Shown: piece after piece, positions 1-9,984 of the stretch | How positions within the stretch are numbered: the first letter of the stretch is position 1 | Layout of the letters: the number at the start of each line of letters is the position of its first letter | Source: Isurus oxyrinchus | Taxonomy: Eukaryota | Assembly (NCBI GenBank): GCA_026770705.1 | Contig: JANJGN010000042.1 | Coordinates: 3,286,001-3,350,000 of the forward strand | Direction: 5' to 3' | Length of the DNA stretch: 64,000 nt | Translations under genes and position numbers: made by a program | Notes under the pieces: model-generated | Seen by the model: the letters and a program-made list of their open reading frames with translations, nothing else | Told to the model about the DNA's origin: nothing | Databases searched by the model: none

Positions 1-9
1 CATTCTTCT

Positions 10-300
10 CACTGACAGCAGTTTATTGGAAATAGGGTCAATAGAGCAGGTCTCATGGACAAGGTGAGCATTGAGAAGACGGAGGGGGGGAATGGTGTAA
101 TGGAGAAAAACCTAAAGGAAGGTGTGAGTTCAAGATGAGAGGGCAGATCTTTAGAGACAGTTTGTCCCGGTGGGCTAGTGGGAGGGAGAGAAGCAGCAGA
201 GGCAGCTGATCAGATTGTCTCAATCTTAGTGACAAAGAAGCTCCATGAGCTCCTCACACTTGTTGTTGGAGGTGAGGATGGAGGAGACAGGGGAGAGGGA
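10..300 (-). mobile_element. Degraded LINE (L2/CR1-like) ORF2 fragment
   Basis: Minus strand reads ..FFVTKIETI*SAASAAS.., resembling the pre-RT linker of L2-type LINEs; contains stops and frameshifts. Boundaries approximate. Confidence 0.4.
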
Positions 301-482
301 GAGCCCTTCGAAGGACACTTACTTGTATCAGAGATACTAAAAAAAATCAATATGCTGTTTAACACAAAGCGCTTCAATAACATAATTTACCCCCTATAAC
401 TGGGCTGGGATTTATTAAGATCAACAGAAACCGACCTATTGAACATGCCTCAGTCCTGGATGTGAGTAAGAGAAAAGCCCAA

Positions 483-1271
<789 letters not shown>

Positions 1272-1494
1272 GTTCAAAATCTGAAGATACTCAATTTAAG
1301 GTAAATTGAGTAACTCCATCAGATCCTGATGTGATGTTTGGATTGAGTTTCCCGACTGCAAATCCTCCCCTTCTAACACCCTGTGAAACTGATTTAAAAC
1401 AGAAAAAGGGAGTGAGAGAGAACCCACAAAAACACAAAGGCAGGTTGTGAAATTGAGCTGAATGAATCTGGGAATTTGTGGGGCCGGCAGTAGG

Positions 1495-1900
1495 AAAAAA
1501 GTGACCATGAAAACTGCTGGATTATCATAAATAAACAGCTGGTTCACTAATGTCCTTCAGGGAAGGGAACCTGCAACCCAGTCAAGGCCTACACGAGACC
1601 CTGGCCTCTATGTAGAGAGGCAGAGAGAGAGAGAGAGGGAGGCTGTGGGTGGGCGGTGGAGGGGGGGTGGGGAGTGGGGAGTGGGTGGGAAGTGCAGGAG
1701 GAAGGAAAGGGATTTTATATATTTACAACTGAACCAGGACTTTGACAGGATCCACAATGTTATTGATTTTGAATGTAATAAAAAAATCTGGAATTAAAAG
1801 TCCAATGGTGACCATGAAACTATTGGAGATTGTTGTAAAAACCCATCTGGGTCACTAATGTCCTTTACGGAGGGAAACCTGCTGCCCTTACCTGGGGATG
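1495..1900 (+). mobile_element. Two fragments of an interspersed SINE-like repeat
   Basis: The block GTGACCATGAAA..TCACTAATGTCCTT..GGGAA..CCTGC occurs at ~1500-1590 and again at ~1808-1895. Related decayed copies lie near 48800-49150 and, inverted, at 50050-50300. Confidence 0.45.
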
Positions 1901-1914
1901 GGTAATAAATGCTA

Positions 1915-4856
1915 AACAATAACAGAATTACCTGGAAAAATTCAGCAGGTCTGGCAGCATTGACGGAGAAGAAAAGAGTTGACGTTTCGAGTCCTCGGGA
2001 CCCTTCAGCAGTACTGGTTGAATCCAAGAAGACGGGTGAAATATAAGATGGTTTAAGGTGGGGGGGGGGGGAGAAGTGGAGGGGGGGTGTGGTTGCAGGG
2101 ACAAGCAAGCAGTGATAGGAGCAGATAATCAAAAAATGTCACAGACTGAAGAACAAAAGAACACAGAGGTGTTGAGGTTGGTGATATTATCTAAACGAAT
2201 GTGCTGATTAAGAATGGATGGTAGGGCACCCAAAGTATAGCTCTAGTGGTGGTGGGGGGGCATAAAAGATTTAAAAATAATGGAAATACTTGGGAAAAGA
2301 AAAGTCTGTATAAATTATTGGAAAAAACAAAAGGAAGGGGGAAGAAACAGAAAGGGGGTGGGGATGGATGAGGGTGGACAAGATCTAAAGTTGTTGAATT
2401 CAATATTCAGACCGGAAGGCTGTAAAGTACCTAGTCGGAAGATGAGATGCTGTTCCTCCAGTTTGCGTTGGGCTTCACTGGAACAATGCAACAAACCGAG
2501 GACAGCCATGTGGGCAAGAGAGCAGGGTGGAGTGTTAAAATGGCAAGCAACAGGGAGGTTTGGGTCATTCTTGTGGATAGACCGTAGGTGTTCTGCAAAG
2601 TGGTCGCCCAGTTTACGTTTGGTCTCTCCAATGTAGAGGAGACCACATTGGGAGCAACAAATGCAGTAGACTAAGTTGGGGGAAATGCAAGTGAAATGCC
2701 GCTTCACTTGAAAGGATTGTTTGGGGCCTTGGATAGTGAGGAGAGAGGAAGTGAAGGGGCAGGTGTTACATCTTTTGTGTGGGCATGGGGAGGTGGGGGT
2801 TGAGGAGTAGGGGGTGATGGAGGAGTGGACCAGGGTGTCCCGGAGGGAATGATCCCTACGGAATGCCACCGGGGGGGTGCAGGGAAGATGTATTTGGTGG
2901 TAGCATCATGCTGGAAATGGCGGAGATGATCCTTTGAATGCAGAGGCTGGTGGGGTGATAAGTGAGGACAAGGGGGAGCATATTATGTTTCTGGGAGGAA
3001 GGAGAAGGCATGAGGGCAGATTCACGGGAGATGGGCCAGACACGGTTGAGGGCCCTATCAACGACCGTGGGTGGAAAACCTCGGTTAAGGAAGAAGGAGG
3101 ACATGTCAGAGGAACTGTTTTTGAAGATAGCATCATCAGAACAGATGCAACGGAGGCGAAGGAACTGAGAGAATGGGATGGAGTCCTTACAGGAAGCAGG
3201 GTGTGAGGAGCTGTAGTTGAGGTAGCTGTCGGAGTCGGTAGACTTGTAACAGATATTGGTGGACAGTCTATCACCAGAGATTGAGACAGAGAGGTCAAGG
3301 AAGGGAAGGGAAGTGTCAGAGATGGACCACGTGAAAATGATGGAGGGGTGGAGATTGGAAGCAAAATCAATAAATTTTTCTAAGTCCCGACGAGAGGATG
3401 AAGCAGCACTGAAGTAATCATCGATGTACCGGAGAAAGAGTTGTGGAAGGGGGCCGGAGGAGGACTGGAACAAGGCATGTTCCACATACCTCATAAAGAG
3501 ACAGGTGTAGCTGGGGCCCATGTGGGTACCCACAGCCACACCTTCTATTTCGAGGAAGTAAGAGGAGTTGAAGGAGAAATTGTTCAGCGTGAGAACAAGT
3601 TCAGCCAGACGGAGGAGAGTAGTTTGCGGATGGGGATTTTTCAGGCCTCTGTTCGAGGAAGAAGCTAAGGGCCCTCAGACCATCCTGGTGGGGGATGGAG
3701 GTGTAGAGGGATTGGACGTCCATCGTGAAGAGGAAGCGGTTGGGGCCAGGGAACTGGAAATTGTTGATGTGAGGTAAGGTGTCAGAGGAATCACGGATGT
3801 AGGTGGGAAGGGACTGGACAAGGGGAGAGAGAAGGGAGTCAAGATAATGAGAAATGAGTTCTGTGGGGCAGGAGCAAGCTGAGACAATCGGTCTACCGGG
3901 GCAGTTCTGTTTGTGGATTTTGGGTAGGAGATAGAAGCGGGCCATCCGAGGTTGGGCGACTATCAGGTTGGAAGCTGTGGGAGGGAGATTCCCAGAGGAG
4001 ATGAGGTCAGTGACAGTCCTGGAAACAATGGCTTGATGTTCAGTGGTGGGGTCATGGTCCAGGGAGAGGTAGGAGGAAGTGTCTGCAAGTTGACGCTCAG
4101 CCTCCGCAAGGTAGAGGTCAGTGCGCCAGACAACAACAGCACCACCCTTGTCAGCGGGTTTGATGACAATGTCAGGGTCGGACCTGAAAGAATGGAGTGC
4201 AGTAAGTTCAGAGAGAGACAGGTTAGAATGGGTGAGAGGAGCAGAGAAATTGAGACGACTAATGTCGCGCTGCTAGTTCTCAATGAAAAGATCAAGAGAA
4301 GGTAGGAATCCAGAGGGAGGGGTCCAGGTGGAGGGAGAATATTGAAGATGAGTCAAAGGATCTGTTGAACTGGGAGAGGACTCCTGCCCAAAGAAGTGAG
4401 CCTGGAGACGAAGACGGCAGAAGAAGAGTTCAGCATCGTGCTGAGCCCGAAATTCATTGAGGTGAGGGCGTAAGGGTATGAAACTAAGTCCTTTGCTGAG
4501 CACTGAACGTTCAGCATTGGAGAGGGGAAGGTCAGGGGGTATAGTGAATACACGGCTGGGGCTGGGATTGGAAGATGGGGTGGGGACGGAGGGACAGGCC
4601 GGGGTGGGGGGTACTAGATGGGTGTTGGTGTCAATGAGTTGTTGGAACTTGTGTTCCTTAGCACTTGAGAGAAAGAGAAAAAGTTTCTTGTTGAGGCATC
4701 GGATGAGCCGAAGGATAAAATGAAACTGGGGGCACGCGCAACTTTGAAAAAGGGTACGGCGGTGCTGCTGGAGGGAGAGGTCGAGTGTGTTCATATGGCG
4801 CCGCATGGCACTGAGTGTGGATTTCAGAATGTGATGGGAACAGCAGTCCGAGAAAT
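1915..4856 (-). mobile_element. Penelope-like retroelement (RT + GIY-YIG endonuclease), 5'-truncated, frameshifted
   Basis: ORF pieces give FYLLPKIHK, FTMDVQSLYTSIP, GVAVGT..GP, RYIDD (RT) and LVYCICCSQCGLLYIGETKR (GIY-YIG). The 3' tail with a hammerhead fold ends at ~1915. Confidence 0.93.
1977..2015 (-). ncRNA. Minimal type I hammerhead-ribozyme-like motif (core CUGCUGA)
   Basis: Minus strand: AGTA-CTGCTGA-A-GGGTC-CCGAG-GACTC-GAAA-CG-TC-AACT. Confidence 0.55.
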
Positions 4857-5157
4857 CCATTCTTAATTAGCACATTTGTTTAGATAATATCACCAACTTT
4901 AACTTTAACACCTATGTTGTTGACATCTTTTGATGATCTGCTTCTATCACTGCTTGTTTGTCCCTACAACCACACCCCACTCCACCTCTGTCTCTCTCTT
5001 TCTCTCTCCCCCCCCTCCACACACCTTAAACCAGCTTATATTTCAACTCTTTCTTGGATTCAAACTCAAGTTCTGTCGAAGGGTCATGAGGACTCGAAAC
5101 ATCAACTCTTTTCTTCTCCGCCAATGCTGCCAGACCTGCTGAGTTTTTCCAGGTAAT
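4857..5157 (+). mobile_element. Penelope 3' end/pseudo-LTR fragment, head-to-head with the element at 1915-4856
   Basis: Closely similar to 12030-12335. Confidence 0.9.
5069..5107 (+). ncRNA. Minimal hammerhead-like motif (core CUGUCGA)
   Basis: AGTT-CTGTCGA-A-GGGTC-ATGAG-GACTC-GAAA-CA-TC-AACT. Confidence 0.55.
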
Positions 5158-5159
5158 TA

Positions 5160-5833
5160 TATTAGTAATACCTGTCATACCTATGTCAATGACATAACCC
5201 AGGTAAGACGCCCACAGTGACTGCTGGTACGGGACCCCAGCCATGGGGCCCATTTGCACACCTACAAATGGACTTTATACAAATGCCTAAATCTATGGGA
5301 TATAATTATGTTTTAATTCTAGTGTGTTTGTTCTTGCGATGGGTGGAGGCGTATCCCACCCAATGCAATGATGCTGTTGTTGTAAAATTGTTCATTTTAC
5401 TGCTGAAGTGATAAAGGAACTGTTGAAGGCCTTACAATGCAACCATCACCTTTCCTGCCCATACCACCCCCGGTCTACTGGAGCGATGGCAGGACAAAAT
5501 AGTATTCTGAAAAACAAACTAGCTAAATTATGTGAAGAAACCAGTTTGAAAGGGCCTGAAGCTCTACCCTTGGCGCTCATGACTATGCGCTCTCACAGTA
5601 ACTGTCTCAAGAGCTCGCATATACAGGTAGTAGAAGCTCAGAAAAAGCCCACCACTGAAGACTGCCATCAATACCAGCCCGGGGACCTAGTCCTGGTAAA
5701 GACCTTCAGTAGAAAGAACTGTTTGGAACCTCGATGGGAAGAACCTTTCCAAGTCCTGCTCACCACCCATACAGCCATGAAGCTTGAAGGATGCACTTGT
5801 GGATCCACACATCGCACGTCAAACAGACGCTGA
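5160..5833 (+). mobile_element. Endogenous retrovirus pol (integrase), internally deleted
   Basis: HNPGK..PWGPFAHLQMDFIQMP..VCLFLRWVEAYPT, CPYHPRSTG, and the C-terminal module PGDLVLVK..LEPRWEEPFQVLLTT..WIH. Stops and frameshifts present. Confidence 0.92.
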
Positions 5834-5879
5834 CCTCGGACGGAAGTGCTTGTGCAAGAACTTTAACTGAGCCATCGGA

Positions 5880-6721
5880 ATGCTGACTCTGATTTGGATC
5901 CTGTCCTGCGTGGTCCTTGCAGGGGCATGGAATACCAATTCTGTGGTTCAACAAATACAGGCCGTAGCCTTGCAAGTTCATCAGACTAAATGTTGGATTT
6001 GTACTCATTTTCCTCAATGCAAAACAACAGCTGAATTGCATGAGAGAGTGGAAAGGACCCTATCTGGTGCTGCTAACAACTCGTACAGCCCTGAAGATTA
6101 AAGGGAAGGAAGATAGGGTCCAAGCCACTCGTTGTCTGGCAGCCCTGTAGCATCAGATATTCACCCGCATCTGCGTCTCCATCGTCGTAACATCTCAAAA
6201 TCTGAACGATGCTGGATGATTGCTATCCCCTCTTGTGGAACTGTGCGTAACTCCCGAGAGGTTATCAACCTGGCAGCTGCGCTTGAAAAATTTGCCAATT
6301 CGACGGAAAATGCTTTTATTGAGACCCAGAAACAGATTTCAGACACCACTGCTGAAATGTTAGCCCTACGCCTGACAGCTCAACAAAATAGAATGGCCCT
6401 TGATTTCCTCCTAGCTGAAAAAGGTGGCACTTGTGCCATAATAGGCTCAGAATGCTGCGCCTATGTGCCTGATGTTTCTGAGAATATTATTGACCTGGAA
6501 CAGCATGTTATGGATAAAGTGTGAGAAATAAAGAAAGTTGGGGAAAGGTTGAGCAGTGTTTATAACAAGGATTCCTGGCGGGCTACAGTAACGGGGTGGT
6601 TCGCCAGTTGGGAAAGTTAGCTGCTGATGTTTTAATTGGGTTAGTTTTATTAGGTGTTATAGGGTGTTGTGCATGTGCTACTATGAGGATTTGCTGTACC
6701 CATGTATTAATGGAGCTATGA
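5880..6721 (+). pseudogene. Retroviral env remnant (gamma-type)
   Basis: Signal peptide MLTLIWILSCVVLAG, CWIC motif, immunosuppressive domain QNRMALDFLLAEKGG followed by CAIIGSECC (CX6CC), hydrophobic anchor LLMFLIGLVLLGVIG. Stops present and SU is much shortened. Confidence 0.88.
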
Positions 6722-7148
6722 CTGGAGTCACCAGTGGATTAGGAGGAGCTCCCTTTGTCCCTCAATTGATACGCACTGGCCCCAGTGAAACCCCTGGTGG
6801 GGAGAAAAAGTTTACCCTGCCAGTGATTGGCCTTTTCCTTATGGTTATGAGCCCCCTTTTGATGATGAAGATGTGATTAATCTAAAAGATTAACAAGGAG
6901 GGATTGTTGAAGAAGAAAATACATCTATACTTATGAGAGAAAAAAACTAAAAATACATGTATAATGAAATTACTGTAGAATGTCCCCAAACAGTCACACA
7001 GCCAGCACATAAATTAGCAAATCAAAGGGCCAGTGCTACCTTCCCAGACAAAGGGGCTCCGGATGTCAGATACGGTGGCAAAATCTAAGAGAAAAAAACT
7101 ATTGTGTGTGCATTGCCCAGGATATGTAACCATTAACACTATCTATTT

Positions 7149-7285
7149 AAAACAAAGAAAACTGCGGATGCTGGAAATCCAAAACAAAAACAGAATTACC
7201 TGGAAAAACTCAGCAGGTCTGGCAGCATCGGCGGAGAAGAAAAGAGTTGACGTTTCGAGTCTTCATGACCCTTCGACAGAACTTG
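7149..7285 (-). mobile_element. 137-bp Penelope tail (hammerhead + 3' end) inserted into the LTR
   Basis: Flanked by a 14-bp TSD AACACTATCTATTT (7135-7148 and 7286-7299). Confidence 0.9.
7245..7283 (-). ncRNA. Minimal hammerhead-like motif (core CUGUCGA)
   Basis: Minus strand: AGTT-CTGTCGA-A-GGGTC-ATGAA-GACTC-GAAA-CG-TC-AACT. Confidence 0.6.
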
Positions 7286-7629
7286 AACACTATCTATTTG
7301 TTGAACCATCGACATTGTCCTCTCTATTTGCTAAACCATTGACATTGTCGTGTCTAATCGTTAAATCATTAACACTGATCGCTATCCTTTGAAACCATTT
7401 GAAACTATTGTAATTGCCCAAGTTTCTGTCACGAACCTTTTGCTATAGTTATGTGTGTAAAGCGGTGTTAGTTAGAGTGCCGGCTAGCTCTGTTCTATGC
7501 TGTTGGGCTCTCTGTGATATCACGATTATAATAAAAGGCTTCCGAGACAAACCTCCTGGGTCTGAGTGTTCACTCGGTTTTTCCGCAACAATTATGTATG
7601 TAGATGTAAGAAGGAAGTTGATAAAATAA

Positions 7630-8370
7630 ATGAATAGAGACAATGTGGCAGACTGAGCTTACTGTGGGCAGGTGTGAGGGCATTCACCTTGAATCTTCAA
7701 ACTTTAACCACGGAGAAAAGAAGGATTTTAATGATACTTAATTGTCCTCTTTTACAATCATTGAAATCGTGTAGAGGGGGAGAAAATACAATCGGAATGG
7801 CGAAAGAAGGTAAGTCCTTATTGGAAGATAACTGGGACAGGTAGCGGCAAAAGTTAGGCATCAGTAGTCTGCTCAGACGGTATCTACATGAATGCATTCA
7901 GCTCTGTGCTCCTCACCACAGGCAACATAAATTTGCTTCCGAGTTAATACAGCACAGATTGACCAGCAAGATACTAGGGACAGAATATTAAATTGTGTGG
8001 AGAGGTTGCAGAATTGTCAGTTTATTCCATTGACTATAGAATATTGAAAGGAGGTCTGTTCGAGGTGATTTAGTGTTAAACTATTTGACAGAAAAATAAT
8101 TCTTCTTTCGGAGAATAAAGGATGGGGGTGTATAATATTACAATTAGAGGTAGGCTATATTTGAGGAGAAACTGAATTTCTTCCATGCAGAGGGTTATGA
8201 ATCCGAAGCTCTTCTCCAAAGTATTTGGATTTGATTCATTCAGAGCATTAAGTAGAATTACAGGATATACAGCACAGAAACAGGGCACTCAGCCCAGCAG
8301 GTCTGTGCGGCTGATTACGCTAAGTAAGAGAATGCCCCAATAACTCTTCATCTATCTTATATTGATACAA
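7630..8370. mobile_element. Highly decayed CR1-type LINE fragments
   Basis: Decayed similarity to CR1 RT 3' regions elsewhere in the window (e.g. 51930-52595). Boundaries approximate. Confidence 0.4.
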
Positions 8371-8596
8371 CCACTTCTAGTAATTCCCACAAGTTGATAC
8401 GTTTGCCCTATATATATTTTAACAAACACTTCTGTAACCCAAAAATATTTATCAGGGTGTAACCCACTTTACTCATTTCTCGAGATAAGAGACACAGCGT
8501 CTGCAAGATATCTAGCCATTATGAACTCAAATTTCTTGTCATGCGAGTAAAAACAAATTTATTGAAATGAAGACTAGAACTGTGGTTGGAGATTCT

Positions 8597-9202
8597 CACG
8601 TGTCTCAAAGGGGAAAAGGGGGAAACAGAAAGGGGGTGGGGAGGAACAACACCTCATCTTCCGACTAGGCACCTTACAGCCTTCCGGTCTGAATATTGAG
8701 TTCAACAACTTTAGGTCGTGAGCTCCCTCCCCCATCCCCACCCCCTTTCTGTTTCCCCCTTTTCCCCTTTTTTTCCCTATAAATTTTATAGATTTTTCTT
8801 TTCCCACTTATTTCCATTATTTTTAAATATTTTAAAATCTTTTATGCTCCCTCCACCCCCACTAGAGCTGTACCTTGAGTGCCCTACCATCCATTCTTAA
8901 TTAGCACATTCGTTTAGATAATATCACCAACTTTATCTTTAACACCTATGTGTTCCTTTGTACCATTGTCGCTGACATCTTTTGATGATCTGCTTCTATC
9001 ACTGCTTGTTTGTCTACACAACCACCTCTATCTCTCTCTCTCTCTCCGCCCCACACACACACCTTAAACCAGCTTATATTTCAACTCTTTCTTGGACTCG
9101 AAATCAAGTTCTGTCGAAGGGTCATGAGGACTCGAAACGTCAACTCTTCTTCTCCACCGATGCTGCCAGACCTGCTGAGTTTTTCCAGGTAATTCTGTTT
9201 TT
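8597..9202 (+). mobile_element. Penelope 3' fragment (ORF C-terminus + tail) with a short inverted 5' piece
   Basis: 8641-9202 is nearly identical to 11778-12345; 8608-8641 is an inverted copy of ~8736-8768. Confidence 0.92.
9107..9145 (+). ncRNA. Minimal hammerhead-like motif (core CUGUCGA)
   Basis: AGTT-CTGTCGA-A-GGGTC-ATGAG-GACTC-GAAA-CG-TC-AACT. Confidence 0.6.
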
Positions 9203-9450
9203 GTTATACAAACTTATCCATCAGAGACTCCGGCTGAACAGAAAATGATATTGATGCACTGCCGCACAACCATCCCATTCCCTGTGATATATTGGTACGT
9301 TAAGCCTCCAAACCAGAGCCCAAAGTTGCTGATAATGGCGTCGACAAACGGTGAACAAAAAGGTCGATTTAGAGCCGTCAGTTGAAGCTTGGATAAAAGC
9401 AGCCCCCTGACTATCTCAGCTTTGAGTCTCACAGACACTTCTGTGCTGTA

Positions 9451-9489
9451 CACACGTGTAGTAAGGGGCGACAGCGCCGTACAAAAACC
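9451..9489 (+). promoter_or_regulatory. V(D)J recombination signal sequence, 23-bp spacer
   Basis: Heptamer CACACGT (CAC intact), 23 nt, then a perfect nonamer ACAAAAACC at 9481-9489, immediately after the V end. Confidence 0.85.
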
Positions 9490-9984
9490 TCAGCTCCAGT
9501 TAGAACCGTATCTTTAGGAAGAAGAATTAATGAAGCAGATATTGACATTGGAGGATGAAGTAAAGTAGATTATAAAGAAATTGGCAGGAGGTTTTATGCC
9601 TATCTGTTTATGATTATACAATCTTTTCCACATGGAATGGTAAACCTACCCACTCAAATTAATTTTAGCTTATAACATCAACTAAGAGAAAAAGTTCGTT
9701 AAAATAACCTAGTCAACTTTACCTTCTAAAAGCTCTGTCCTGAAATTAAATATCTTCACTCCTAGGAGTTGTCGAACCAGTAAAATTAAATCAGAGTAGA
9801 ATATAACTACAGGCATATTATTCTGTGAAAGAAGCTCTTTTCAAGTTTACCACTACCAGCACTTAGAAGAGCTTGCTTATTCTAGGGTAAATATTGTTAT
9901 CAATATGTGGGTTTGTGAGGATTTCAGTGTGAGGCGACAGCTTTTGATTAATTACTTATGAATAAGTGAAATAGTATAAAATTT

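Larger units (their letters stand above)
6905..7590 (+). mobile_element. ERV 3' LTR
   Basis: Preceded by purine tract AAGGAGGGA (6895-6903). Starts TGTTG and ends CAACA. AATAAA at 7530-7535; ~30-bp internal tandem repeats at 7300-7400. Confidence 0.85.
8578..9450 (+). pseudogene. T-cell receptor alpha/delta-type V gene segment, interrupted by a Penelope insertion
   Basis: Joining 8580-8596 to 9203-9450 gives TVVGDS/VIQTYPSETPAEQKMILMHCRTTIPFPVIYWYVKPPNQSPKLLIMASTNGEQKGRFRAVS*SLDKSSPLTISALSLTDT, then TGT GCT GTA (CAV) out of frame because of a ~10-nt deletion of the AVY codons. An RSS follows directly. Confidence 0.85.

Noticed and set aside
9910-9950. J-type RSS (GGTTTGTGA..CAGTGTG)
   Set aside because: Spacer is only 6 nt and no FGxG follows.
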